From: the human T2T-CHM13v2.0 reference genome, Homo sapiens
DNA length: 64,000 nucleotides
Reading direction: 5' to 3' (one strand)
NCBI RefSeq assembly: GCF_009914755.1
Contig: NC_060930.1
Position 1 is the first letter of the stretch; each line of letters starts with the position of its first letter. Shown in pieces: positions 42,745 to 57,594 of this stretch. The position numbers and the translations under genes were made by a program. Below the pieces are notes generated by a model that saw only the letters and a program-made list of their open reading frames with translations, searched no databases and was not told the DNA's origin.

Positions 42745-44489
42745 GATTCTCAAAGGTGTCCATTGTCCAACAAAAGTTTAAATTCTTCTGACCTCATCAA
42801 GCTTTTATGCAGGAATGTATTTGAACTTATACAAACAGATTTCTTTATTTTTTCATAAAATATACATCTTCTCCCTTGTAAACATATTTGAAGGACTTTT
42901 ACAACTAAGACAAAACTCCAAGAAGTACATCCTGACCCTCAAAAGCAACCAATTTACCATCTAACCAAAATTTCACACCACCTCAAATCATAAGAAAAGG
43001 CAGTGGATATGAAACAAATATGCAGCACTGAGAATTTGGCCACACTATCTGAGATGTGATACTGTGTCCCATCTGTTCAATGAGATAACAGAGCATCTAG
43101 TATATCCTAAAATGTCTTAGAAAAACATGCACTAGGGAATTCTCAGTTTAGAAGATATTTGTAATAATAAGGCCTCAATCGTTTTTTCAAGCCTTGAATA
43201 TTTAATATGGATGACAAGAAAAATACAGAATATTTTATAACTATGGTTTAAAGTACACATGGAAAATTCCTCAGTTGTCCACAAACCATTCCTTTATTTG
43301 TAATACAGTTAAATATTATGGAAGATTAACTTGATTGGGATATCCAATGGGCATTTCTTTTTGTTTTTCTTGTCTTTACTTTCTGGTTTTATAAAAATTT
43401 TGTGTTGTATCCATTGTCTCTAAGAGCAAAGAGTTTGATTATGGCCTTACTGCCTGATCCCCCACCCCATCTACAAATATAAGGGCAAAGGATGACCTCT
43501 GTTGAGAAAATTGACTACCTGTCTAAATGATTAAGGAGTTAAGGGACTCTGTATGGCTTTATAAATCTGCCTCTTCATCCCACCCTGGAAAAAATAAAAG
43601 CTTTATTCAGGGACTTTTTTTCATTTCTATTAAATAGAAATAGTTTCTAATTAGCTACTCAAAACAAGGAATCTGTGTATTATGTTGTATCTGTAAAATA
43701 TGTATCTGATGATATTATAAATTCACTTTCAAGTTACATTAACAGAGAAAGGAATCTTAGGAAGAATTCAGAATGAAAGAGACATGCACCTTGCCTCCAG
43801 CACGGGATTTCTACAAGATTCTCTTTGCTTCTTGGCCCCATTGCCTATCTGAAATGGTCATTTTTACTAATCTGTGCCTGTAGAGATCCTTTTTCCCTTC
43901 ATGGTCAGAATCGATTCACTCTCTACACTAGGGACCCCTGATGAACAAGTGTCCGTTTTGGGGGTTCTAAAGACAAAGCCTTAAGTGCCTCTAGCTGTAA
44001 CTGATCAATCCCTAGGATTGAGAAAACAAACCATTTTGGAGAAGAAAAAGGAAAATCAAAAACAAAAACAAAATTATCTTCAAAGTGTGAATTTCAAGAT
44101 GTAGGATCCTATATGGGTTAAATCCATACACGGACAAGATAGCTTTCCTGTATTCAGCAACAGGTCTAGAGGTCTGAAGGTAGCCTGAAGCAGCTTTAAA
44201 ACACAAAAGAACTGACAAAAAATCATTCAGAAGGTTTTCATCTGTACCTCAATATATCTTCTTCAAATGTGACTACTGAAGGAATAATAACATCTCAAGC
44301 AGAAGCAAAATGCTGTCCACTTTGTAAACTGTGGGTGGTGTCTCTGCTACAAGATGAATTGCTAACCATTAAGCTCATTAGGAATGCATAACCCAAACCT
44401 GGCCCAACCCAATCTTCCTCTTCTTTCCTTTACTCTTGCCTTCACCTACCTTTGTTTTTTTTTTGTTTTGTTTTGTTTTGTTTTTGTTA

Positions 44490-44755
44490 TGCTGATAATA
44501 TGCATATAACATAAAATTTACCATCTTAACTATTTTTCTATTATACTTTAAGTTCTGGGGTACATGTGCAGAACATGCAGTTTTGTTACATAGGTATACA
44601 TGTGCCATGGTGGTTTGCAGTGTAAAGTCACATGGCATTAAGTACATCCACATTGTTGTGCTATCATTACCACCATCTATCCACAGCATTCTTGTCACCT
44701 TGCAAAACTAAAACTCTGTTCCCATTAAACAATTGCTCTCCATTCCCTCCCACCC
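44490..44755 (-). mobile_element. L1MB 3' end containing a nested short L1PA7-like 3' end (44533-44618)
   Basis: Host AACATAAAATTTACCATCTTAAC..|..AGTGTAAAGTCACATGGCATTAAGTACA; insert TATTATACTTTAAGTTCTGGGGTACATGTGCAGAAC...CCATGGTGGTTTGC. Confidence 0.85.
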
Positions 44756-45165
44756 ACATTTACCTTTTTAATTAATTTATTTATTTAAAACTTCTAAGTA
44801 TTCCTCAATTGGGAATAAAGTTGATGAATAAGAATATACCTCTAGTATCTATATCTTTTCCTACTGAAAAAAAAATGGCCTTTTAAAATAAACTTAATCT
44901 ACCATAATCTAAAGTCATATCACTCAGAAATATTCTGTTTACCAATGGCAGAACCATAGCTGAATTTTTTAGGGAGAAAAATGGGGGAAAAACTGCCAAC
45001 TGGAAGAAGGTTGGTATAATTCATGTAACTATAAAAAGGATAGGAAGAGATCTGAGGCTTAGAAACAACAGAAGGACAAATGTATTTAGGACAATATCTG
45101 TAAGGAGCTCCTGCCATTTCCAGTTTCTGCTTCTCTCCATGCATTTAGCTTTGTTTTCCTCTACT

Positions 45166-45393
45166 TTGGTGGATCTCAGTTGGGAGACAGTACCCTCCAA
45201 GGGACATTTGGCAATGTCTGGAGACATTTTTGGTTGTCACTGCTGGGGAATGCTACTGGAATCTAATGGGTAGAGGCCTTGGATACTGCTAAACATTCTA
45301 TAATGCACAAGATAAGCCCCCACTCCTAACCCCATGCCAACAAGCAATTTTCTAGCCCCCAAGTATTCATAGCACCACTGTTGAGAATCTCTG
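45166..45393 (+). mobile_element. MER20 (hAT-Charlie)
   Basis: GGGACATTTGGCAATGTCTGGAGACATTTTTGGTTGTCAC...GGGTAGAGGCC..GGATACTGCTAAACAT. Confidence 0.88.
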
Positions 45394-45743
45394 ATCTACT
45401 CCATACCTATTCCTTCCATATGTTCAGTAACATGAAATCTTCAGTTTCAAAGGCACTCATCTGATAACCTCACCATCAGAAAAAGCCTGAAATTGTCCCT
45501 CTACTTTCAATTTTAAAATTCCCCAGGAAGGAATCCAATTGCTTTCTTGAGTTAATTACCAAGTAGAGCGATAAAGGCAGTGGGCACAGGGCCCCGGGTG
45601 GCCTGTAGAGGGTCCCTTCCTTGTACGAACGCCATTCCCCAAAAAGGGCATACTGCAATGAGCTGGGTGGAAATTCCAAATAGTGTGTACCACAAAAAAG
45701 AACTTCCTCGGTGACTACACGTTTTTAAAAACGACTTAGTGTG

Positions 45744-46063
<320 letters not shown>

Positions 46064-48984
46064 TATTAGTGCTTGCTTTTCTTGTAGCAAATTCTCTAAA
46101 ACAGAAAAACCTCTAACTGTCATAGTTACCATACTTAGGTGCTTTTTGTAACCAGCTAAAATATTTAATCATCTAGTTGTAAGCAGAAATCATTTGCCTA
46201 AAAATAAATTAATTCAAGTAATGAGATATGCAAAACAGAGGAAAAAAGCATATTTATAAGGTTTTGAAATTGGCAAAAATAATGAATCTTTATGTCTGCA
46301 GTGACAAAGTTGGACTCCTCTCCTCTCAGTATCTCCATCTTCTGTTAGATTGCTTGCGGAGCCACTGAAATTAGATGTCAGTGTAAATTATGGTGCAGGC
46401 AGGCTTACTAGCCAAGGCTATGAAGGGTAGACACATAAAAACAAGGTGCTATTGAATGTAATTGCTTCTGATCTTAAAATTCTTAAATGACAAAATTGGT
46501 GCTGATATGCTATTTGCATCAGGTAGTCCCTTTAATTGACACTGACTCACTTGGGGACATTTTTTTTGCAGTGGTTTTATAATTTTTTCTTCCTAATTCT
46601 TAAGTTCTAGAACAGGAAAGTCAGCAACTTATAACTTGGATCAGAGAGGAGAATGACAGCATGTGACTGTAGGTAGTGGAAGTGGAAATCACCAAACTTC
46701 TTATAGGGCCTGTAGCCCTGTAAAGTCTGAAGTGAGAAAACGAATCTGGGTAAGGAGTATTTTGTGAAAATATTTGGAAAGAAGTTAGCACTTTTTTGAA
46801 GCTTGCTAAATTAGGAAGTAAGCCCCATTTGCAAACATTTCCATTCTTGTCTATTTCAATAAGGAGAAAGATGAAAAAGCATGACCCACAGGACTCCTGG
46901 AAAAAGGAGATGCATGGTTTTGTCTGCTCATTTAAATACTTAACAAGCCTCAGGGAAAAAAGAAGACATCCCATTCCATTGCCCATAACATATGTCAGTA
47001 AGTCATAAACTATACCATGGATGGCTTGTGAACATTGCTCAGCCTCCTGCGAGACATTAGCACTTGTTCTCGAGCCAAAAAGGCAAACAGTCCAACTGTC
47101 TATCTAATATTTGATCTTCCCCTGCCATGAGAAACAGTCTTCAGAAAAGAGAGGATAATTAGTTAATTCTTATCCTATCTTTATGACAAAGTTATAATGT
47201 TCTCTCTAAGTAATAATTTATCTTACAGGACTTCTTCGATTTAAAGGAGAATATTTCAGTAATATTTCTAAGTCTAACAAAACTATAATTCCTGAAAAAA
47301 AGATAAGAAGTTGCCTTTATGTTTTATATGGATCAAATTAATAAATATTGCCTAAAGTTGAAGGTCTCTCAACACCTAACATTGAGTATTATGCCAGTCT
47401 TTGGAAGAAAAAATAGTGAATAAGGTATTTTCTCCACCCTACTGTACTTAAATTTGACTAAAACTGCAAAGCAATATGTTTTTAAATATTTCCAAAAATC
47501 TATTAACTGGTTATTTAAGTAAATATTTGTTTAGACTCAAGTGTAGTATCAAAGGCAGAAAGTGAGTCCTATGTAAGAAATTAAAAACTTCAAAGCAGTA
47601 ACTTTTTTTCAGTGTTCCTGATACTGTAGCCCAGCTGCAAGGGATTTTGTGCCTGTTTCCGCCCAAAAATATAAGTAAGGCCAAGTGATCAATGTTGCAC
47701 GTGACATATTTCACTGGGCCTTTCTTTCCAGGCTGATAAGCAGTAGAAGTAGAAGTGAGAAGACAAAAAATGAGGTAGATGGTCGTAAAATTACACTTAA
47801 AAAAGAGTATTTTTTACCCTAGGGCTCACCCATTACTGCCTGACATGTAGCATCCTAATCACCACCCCACCCCATGCCCACCCCCAATTATTTTGAGCAG
47901 TCCCCAGGAAAAGTTGCATAGGTTTAGAATTGAGCCTTCATGACCACCACAGGTATCTGTCTTTTCCTCCTCCCCTGCCCCCACTCTCTTTAGTGGCATC
48001 TGTGTCTATGGTCTATGTGGCCCAGCCTGGTGCCTGACATCCCTGGCACAGAAGACACTGTGCAGCACCAAAGCCTTATAAGGTGCTAGGCCAACAATTG
48101 GCCTGAATCTCTTATGAGCTGATTTGCCCCAAGGCTTATGTCAACTGCTGCTGCATCATGTAATCTCTTGACAATCAGAGCTCTGACTTCTATGCCAAGA
48201 GTGATGTTTTATGGAACTCCCAAAGGTACCAAGCACATCTCTCACAGATGGTAGTGCCTCCAATGCTTGTTCTGCTGGGCCTGGAAGCTGGCTGCTACCC
48301 TAACCTAGTCTTGTCCACATGGGAACTGTGTCCTTTCTGGGAGGCTGAACCATGAATATGCCACAGCTGTGCTGTTTTCTGGAATGCCTGGATACACCAA
48401 ACCATGCTGGGTTCTGTCCAAAGATACAAAAATATCCACTTCCCCTATGTGTGGTGCTGTGTTATATCCATACCAAAACAGAGCTGTTTCATGTTTCTAA
48501 TATTTTACTTGCAAGAAAGTAGTAAGGAAAGTCACAAAGCTGACTGACATTACATTAACCCTCACCACTGAGCATTGAACGTTGTTTTTAGAGCACATCT
48601 GAAGCATTGACTCTTTACTGGGAAGTAGCTTTTTCCCAATGCAAGTTGATTCCTAGAGACTCATATGCCAGAACGCAATGTCTGAAACCCTGTGGGAAAT
48701 GTAGCTTAAGCTTCATTAGCAAGGACTGGAAGCTCCCTGGCCCACCTTAAATTCAACATTTAAAAAATTAAAAACACACTGAACATATCCTACTTACTGT
48801 ACATGTGCAGAAAAATACTAAAAAACTGTGAAGGGCTTATAAGAAACCAACTAGAAAAGAAAATATGTCAACTAAACAAAAAGAGCACAAAGGAAAACTT
48901 TAGAACAAAGTCTCAAGGTAGAAAGAATGGAATCCTGGGATCCTTGAAACCACGTATGTTTAAGCCAATGATATCCTCATAAAA

Positions 48985-49080
48985 TACCTCCCTCCCTCAA
49001 TCTCTCTCTCTGTCTCTCTCACACATACACACACACCCACGCACACACACGGCTACACACACGTACACACACACACAGCT
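48985..49080. repeat. Compound (CT)n/(CA)n microsatellite
   Basis: TCTCTCTCTCTGTCTCTCTC followed by interrupted (CA)n. Confidence 0.85.
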
Positions 49081-51699
49081 ACATTCCCATAACACCATTT
49101 CTAAGCGTGCCTGGTATTTATTTCATTATTTTTTTTTCTTTTTCATTAAAGTCATTCCTTTTGTTCTTCCAATGATAAGGAAAATCAGCTATGGGTTACC
49201 CCATTTTATGCCCTCTCCTATTTCTCATACAACAACATCTTTCACTTGATTAGTCTCCTTGTAAGGTACAGATACTCTATTAAACTGTTAGGAAATCAAA
49301 TACAAAATGCTTTAAAGTAACCTTCAAAGTCATAAAACAATCACAACAAAGAAATTAAAATTTAACATATCGAAAAATTCCACATATGCTTAATCACTGA
49401 AACTGAGGAAAGAAGCTGATTATTTTTGTCATCTGGAGAGGTGGGGAGCTGGCAATGTAAAAATTCTCCTGCTAAAAGAATAACTGATTATAAAGTAATT
49501 GCGTTTTTAAAGGACACAGATGTAAATAGAATGTGTTGTTTGTGTATGTTTCTTTGGCCTAGCTATCTGTTTTCCCATGATACCTACGCAAAAGTAAAGT
49601 CTAAAGAGCTTGTGCACACCTCCCCTTTCTTTCTCTAAAAACGTCTGCCTCCATTTTGTCGTTTAAATCAGCCGTGCATTTTGCTACACAAGATGATCCA
49701 AGCACAACTAAAAGGCTGAGCATTCAGTGACCTGAGATCTGTGCCCTCTTTTCACAATGTGTAACACAGTTCCTTCTGATAATTGTCATCAGAAGGAATT
49801 CATATTAAAACCTTAAGCTTGCTCCAAAATTCACTCGGTAAAAGCCTGTAATTTGTGCAACCTGATGTATCCAACTGTCAGGAACTGATATATTAGCCTC
49901 ACCTGCTCCTGACACAGAGGCCCACTCGCCTATTCTGCTGTTTTTGTCGCTTGCTTTAATGATTAGGATTGTTTCCATCATCTTCTTCCACTCTTTGCTT
50001 CAAACATCCTACTTCTGTCATTTACCTAAAAGCTGAATACCAACAAGAAAATCTGGTTCGTGCTGGACTTAAGCTTTCTTTGGGGTTTTCACTACCAAAA
50101 CTGATCTTTCTCGTTTTTCTCATTCTGCCTTCCATTTTGTTAATCTTACCACCTCAGTTATATCACATTTTCAAACAAAGCTTAGTGATCACATGTATAA
50201 AATTGATACCAAAAGGTAAATACGCAGACAAAGCAATCCCAGGGGGTCCTGACAGCAGAGGACTCGGGAGCTCAAGGCTAATTTCTTTCCAACTGGGACA
50301 GTGACCTCTCCTCACTATGGAAATCTGAACCAAGACCATGCGTTCAAGTCCACTCCCAATTACCAACCAGTGACCAAACTAACATTTTTCATACAGCAAT
50401 TTACTGTCATGAACCTTTGCCAAAGGCCAGACTAAAAAAAGACCAAAGGAAAAAAAAAAGCCAAACTGAGAACGTTCTCGGTGTTGTTTATACTTGGTCT
50501 GTTTAGCCATCAGTAATGGATGTATTGTTGCAGAGGAACCAAGGAATAAAGCTTCAAGAAGGGCAGGAGGGAAGAAAGGAGAATGGCAGATAAAGGAAGA
50601 AAAATTGTACTTTTAACCAGCCTGTGTTCCACTGCCTGAAGAAAGAAAAAAGTCAGAGAGCTCTCCTTAAAAAAAGAAAGAAAGAAAATGAAATGATTAC
50701 TGGAGACAGGACTGAAAATAAAACTAAATTGTAAAAATCAAATCAATGTTTAAAAAGAATCAAACTCAGTTACTTGATCCTTAAAATTTTAAATCAGTGC
50801 AAAAGCTATAATTCCCTTTTCATAAACATATTCCAGCAGATTTTTCATTCATTTCCAACTGCAGAAATTTTTACTCACTTGCTCACATACTTTCACACTC
50901 AATACTTTCACAATCCTGACACAAGTACCATTAATTTCTAATAAAAATTAATTTATACATAAAAACATTTATACATATTTGTTAATTAACTGTCACAAAA
51001 TATGATACAAAAGTGGTTCAACAAACAAAATATTACATTGGCTCTTAAAACTTTTTCACATTTAAATTTTAAAACACTATTGAAGGCTGTGCTCTCTCAA
51101 CAGAAAACATAACTGGAGATATTCTGCGATGGGCCTGGCAACAGAGGGAAGGACTCTGAGTTTCCTTCTTGAAGAGATTAATTCTCCTCACACAGAAATA
51201 ACTGTAGTATCTAAATGTCACTCAATGGTATATAAGCTTCACTGGCCCATAAAAATAGCACTTTCCTATGAATGAAAAACAGGATTAAGATCAAGGAATA
51301 AAGGCCATATTTTTAGAAGTTGGAGATAAATTATTTAAAAATATGTGAGCTGAATATGGTGAGCTAAAATATAAGGAAAGGTACCCATCTATTCTCTGCT
51401 TGGAATATGTATGTGTTTTATTATGCATTATATACTTGGTAATATATTATAAAATATTAATTCAACATCTACACTTTTAGCTACTCAGAATGTAGTGAAA
51501 ATTAGATACATCTTTGATATAATCTAAATTTTTTTCTGATTCTTCGGTCTAGCTACAGTCTTTCTAACAAAGAAGGTTAGGAATTTAATAAATAGTCTTG
51601 AGACTTATGAGAAATGAATGAAATAAAAAGGAGTTTAGATTATGTAAAATGTCCTTGATCACATGCTGATCGATCAAGAGTTAGGGCAGCCCTGCCTGA

Positions 51700-51930
51700 T
51701 GAAAGACAAAGCTTTTGAAGCCAGACCTTGGTGTGAGTTCTCTGCTCCTACCACTTACAGCTGTGTGGCAAGAACAAGGCAAGTATCCTTTCCAATACTG
51801 GTTTTCCTCATCTGCAAAACTGGAATAATAATTCATACCTTGCAGGATGTTTTAGGAATTAAAGATAACATGTCAAGTGGCCAGCATGATGCCTGGAACC
51901 AAGGTGGATCCTTAAAAAATAATAAAGGAT
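51700..51930 (+). mobile_element. MIR SINE
   Basis: GCTTTTGAAGCCAGACC...CCACTTACAGCTGTGTG...GTTTTCCTCATCTGCAAAACTGGAATAATAAT. Confidence 0.8.
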
Positions 51931-51932
51931 AG

Positions 51933-51995
51933 TTCCTCCTCCTTCTCCTCCTCCTCCTGCTGCTGCTGCTGCTGTCCTCCTTCTCCTCCTTCTTC
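51933..51995. repeat. Compound (CCT)n-(CTG)6-(CCT/CTT)n trinucleotide repeat
   Basis: Read directly; six CTG units at 51957-51974. Confidence 0.9.
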
Positions 51996-52593
51996 TGAGA
52001 TACTTTTTGTTCCACACAAGTAAAGCCCATTTCTGATTGCTTGACTTAGTTGGTAAAATGTAAAATTAGACAGACGAATGTCGCTTTTCTTACCTCTTGG
52101 AAGAACAAAGTTATGTTTGGGATGTTGTCATCACCACATCTTCAATTGAAAACCATTAAAAATCAGCATTTTCAGCACTTCAACATCAAGAAGCCACCCT
52201 GCCAAGCCTGTTTAATAGAGAAAGCATCAAATAAATTGTGAGATTTTAATTACATTCAAGACTCACCAGTTAATATTGGCATATGCTGGGCAATAAGTTG
52301 AATTCATTAAGTCTGGAGATTGTGAATTGTTTAGCTATGTCCTCAGAGTTTTATACATCTCCAGCCACATAGTAGGTGCTCAATAAATGTCCATTGTTTA
52401 ACTAGGAGCAGGAATTGAAAACTATAGAATATCAGAAACCTTGTACATCACTGGTTTAATACCTCCATATTGACTAATGGTTTCCATTCTTATTATTTCA
52501 TTTATTCAACAACTAACAAAGATTTACCAAGTATCTGTGCATAAGACACGGTGCCAAACACTGGGGATACGGGAGTGAGAAAGACAGACAAGG

Positions 52594-52763
52594 TCTTAAA
52601 TGAAATAATTCAGGTAAATAGCACAGTGCCTAGCACACAGTAAGCTCATTAAAAATGACAGTAGCAGAAGTCACAAATCTTAAATGAAATAATTCAGGTA
52701 AATAGTACAGTGCCTAGCACATAGTGGGCTCCTTATAAATGAGAGCAGTGGAAGCAGCAAATC
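52594..52763. repeat. Two-copy 84-bp tandem duplication of a MIR 3' segment
   Basis: TCTTAAATGAAATAATTCAGGTAAATAG(C/T)ACAGTGCCTAGCACA at 52594 and 52678. Confidence 0.9.
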
Positions 52764-52917
52764 AGGCATACAGACATCCATACCAGCCGCTGTCATGCAC
52801 TTGCTCGCTCTCTGTCTCTCTCACGCACACACCCACACACGAACACCTAAAAATCTTAATGGCTTAGTTAAAGTCCATCACCTCAGAAATTCACATGGAA
52901 AAAATGAGCTTTTTTTT

Positions 52918-52990
52918 TCTTTGACTTCATTTTTTTTCTTAGAACTGTTCAGTGAGTATCTTTGACTTCATTTTTTTTCTTAGAACTGTT
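52918..52990. repeat. Perfect 32-bp direct repeat with 9-bp spacer
   Basis: TCTTTGACTTCA(T8)CTTAGAACTGTT at 52918 and 52959, separated by CAGTGAGTA. Confidence 0.92.
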
Positions 52991-54169
52991 GGCTATTCAT
53001 AAAATATCCTTTCAAATTAATGAAAAAGTACTTGTTGTCATCAAAGAATCTTCAAGAATCTTCAAATTTTCTGTAACTTGGCAGCCTTCTGCTCATGCTG
53101 TTTATTTCCAACAGAAGTGAATCTTTGAAGTTGACAAGGTGTTCATGGACAAAGCAGTAGTTTGCTTTAAAAAAAAAAAAGAAAAAAAGAAAAAACATTA
53201 TTTTTGTTTTACCCAAGACCTGGTTAAGCCTGATTTGGAAAGAACAAAGCCTGAGTTTCCAAAACTGCTGCTGGGCCACTACAGAATGGACTCCTTCCCA
53301 CTGAGTGACGTCCAGAGGCTCCCTGTGCAGCCACTGAAAGATATCGATTCACACTATATATTTCTGCACCTCATTGTCCAGTCTTAGACATTTGATTACA
53401 AGAGAAAGCTACTCTGTTGAAAGATCATTAGCCGATATGATGAAAAAACACTTCCTCCCATGGACACGCTTTGAGAAACAATACAGGGTTCAACATGTGA
53501 GATCAGAAGTCAGAAAAACCTGACTCCAACACTAAGGCAACAGCTCAATACTGATAATAATATCAACAACTACCATTTATTGTGTGCTTCCAAGTGCCAC
53601 AATGTACGAGGTGCTTTATACACACTATCTTACGGACATACTAGAAAGAATGCCAGTGTACATCTGTTAGTGGATCTGCTTCACCACTAAGCAGCTTGTT
53701 GAGGAAAACATTTGTTCTATACTCTTGCTGTTCCCTTCTACATGGAGATATTTCATTGGCTTCATCCTCCAGGCCTCTGTCCATCACCTCACTTAACCCT
53801 GAGGGTGAATGGCATATCTGGCTAGTGAATTTAGTAGGAGAAAGTGATCACTCAAGGACCAATGCCCACCCTTTTTATCACTCAGGAATGGGCCCACCAA
53901 AAAGAGAGCTTGTCAGCTTCAGCTCCGCCATGTCCTTCTTCTTGCAAGTTCACAGCCCCATTTAGATAGGCCTCCCCAGGAAAGCAGATCCATTCCTAAA
54001 GTTCATTCTTTGGAGGTCCAGTTGCCCACAGAAATAAGCCACATTCTAATATGTTGCTCATAAAGTGATATTTTGATTTGCCCCTTAGATGACTATCTCA
54101 GTTTCTTTCTCAGCTGGTTCAGAATTTGGGAAAGGAGACATCATGATGTTTTGAAGGACATTCTCTAAG

Positions 54170-54670
54170 ATTTTGATTCTTAAGAGACTTACATAATCTT
54201 TCAGTGCCTTAATTTTCTTGTCTGTAAAATAAGAATGAACATAGTGCCTAGCTCATAGACTCACTATGACCATAAATGAGACAATACCTACAAAGTAAGT
54301 GAAAGACATATAATAAGCACACAATAATTAATATTAGTGAATAACTATTAGCAATTATAACTGCTAATAAATATTAGCAATTATAACTACTGAGATTGTT
54401 GGCATTATTTTAGGACTTGACTAAATTTCCTATCAGATCTATCCTCCTTCTAATATTCTACAGCTTTGTTAATTCCAATGTTACTTTACAAATAAACTTT
54501 TATCTTTGAGTAAGTCATTCTCTGAGACTCAAAAATGATAATAATAATAATAGTATCTGGATGACAGGGTTTCCCTGAAAATTATATATGAGAAAATTCA
54601 TGTTTAGCCTAGCACAGTGTCTAGCATATAATGAGTGTTCAATAAATGATTAGTATTATTACTATTACTG
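54170..54670 (+). mobile_element. Two MIR fragments
   Basis: CTTAATTTTCTTGTCTGTAAAATAAGAAT and AGCACAGTGTCTAGCATATAATGAGTGTTCAATAAATG. Confidence 0.65.
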
Positions 54671-55699
54671 TTTTATTTTTGTTACAGATCATCTAATTCT
54701 CCTCATTTTCATCCATGCCTTCACAATTGTGTAACAGTGTTTTATCAATTTTTTGATAATTGATATATGTATTTTCCTTATGTATAGATGGTTATTACGT
54801 TCAGTCAAACCCCAAGATCCTCTCCCATTTTTTCTAATTTTCATAAAGTATAGTATTGCACTTTTTTCCAGTAAAGAAATGTAGAATGTTTGCTTCAAAG
54901 AAAAGAAGACAATAATGAATCACATATCCTTTAGTTTTAGAGATTTGGTGATGCAAGTCACATGCTAACCAGATGTTTTCTTTTAGATTATTGTCACCCA
55001 CACCCAACAAATAATGAGTAAAGAAAGAAAAAGTATGCAAAAGGCAAAATAATTTAGGAAGCCAAGTCTCCTCTCTCATTTCATCAGAATAACTTCTCTG
55101 AGGGCTTGACATTTTCTACATGGAGTTTTAACTCAGTGCTAAAAGCAGCAAAGCTTTGTATTTCCTGGTAAAACTAAAAAAGATGAATATTTTCAAACCG
55201 CAATATGGTCATTATGAGCTGTAGCACGTACACAAACACACAAAAAAGGAAAGCATGTTCTCTCTGAATTGAATTGAACTAAAGGACATGTATATTTAGC
55301 AGTTCTGTAGAGAGTATACTAAATCTTCAAAACATGGAAGGGGAAATAAATATTCTATCAATCATGACTCTGAAAAATATTTCAATTCAAGCTGAAGGTT
55401 TTATTAGTATTTCAACACTATAAATTCACGTTAGTCTTCAACGGCATATGTTTAAATGGAGATCATAATCATCCAAGTTGACTTTTCCACTTAAAAGTAC
55501 AAAAAAATAAGTTGAAAAAGCTTTATGATGTCAATGTAGGAATATTTCCATGGAGTCAACTAGAGTTTCCAATACTATAAATACTCTATGAGGGTTTGCT
55601 CCAGTGAAGAATTATTTTAAATACATACCTATTAAATCTTTCCATAAACTCAAACTCTACAACAATAATTACCACAGGAGGCCCATTCTGTTGTAATTG

Positions 55700-56220
55700 A
55701 TCATATATATATACACATACATACAGAGAGAGGGAGACTGAAATTGAGAGAATGGCAAAGAGAGAGGCAGAAACACAGAGAAAGATACAGAGACAGAGGA
55801 AGACAGAGACTGAGAAAAACAGAAAAAGAGAGAGAGGACAAAGAGAGAAATGTATAAGGAATTGGCTCATGTGATTATGGAGGCTGAAAAATCCCAAAAT
55901 TCATACTCCAAAGGCCTGAGAACCAGGAGAGCTGATGGTGAAAGTTCCAGTCTGATTCCAGAGGTCTAAAAAGACCAATGTTCCAGCTCAAAGACTGTTA
56001 GGCAAAGAGAGGGAATTCTCTCTTCTTTGGTCCTTTGTTTTTTCTTTTCTCCAATGTATTTAATGAGTTCCACTCACGTCAAGGAGAGCAATCTTCTTTA
56101 CTCATTCAAATGTTAATCTCATCCAGAAAAACCCTCAAAGACCCACCCAAAAAAATGTTTAACCAAATATCTGGGCGTTCTGTGACCCAGTCGAGTTAAC
56201 ATATAAAATTAAACATTACA
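55700..56220 (-). mobile_element. MLT2B-type ERVL LTR with GA-rich tract
   Basis: TATAAGGAATTGGCTCATGTGATTATGGAGGCTGA...AAATGTTAATCTCATCCAGAAA...CCCAGTCGAGTTAACATATAAAATTAA. Confidence 0.85.
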
Positions 56221-56624
56221 GATAAGTAAGTCTTTTGTGACTAAGTAAAAAAATAATGTAGCATAAAACTTAATACCTATATATTCAGGCATTTTGGAAA
56301 TGAACTGGTTTGTTATATCACTGCCTGCTTAAAATTTTTTCCCAGTCATTGTTGTCCCCTCAAAAAAACAAAACAAACAAAAAAAAAAAACCCCAGTAGA
56401 TCTCTGTAATGGTGGATGGAAATAGCTTTAGTATAGAGACCCCCTTTGTAGACCAAGCAAAATTACTCAGAAGTAAGTCAGAATTTTTTTCTCTCAGATT
56501 TATTCTGTACATGAAATGATATAATAAGAATAATTTTCTCCATATTAACTTAAAAATTAAACAATATACCCTGAATATATGCATGAGATTTTTCTTTAAT
56601 GTTACAAAATAATTCTAAAGTTCA

Positions 56625-57590
<966 letters not shown>

Positions 57591-57594
57591 TAGT

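Noticed and set aside
51833-52030. ORF with poly-Ser/poly-Arg resembling an SR or protamine-like peptide
   Set aside because: Produced by the CCT/CTG microsatellite at a MIR tail; the CTG tract has only 6 units.
52918-52990. Repeat-spacer-repeat resembling a CRISPR unit
   Set aside because: Only two copies, a 9-nt spacer, human context and no cas genes.
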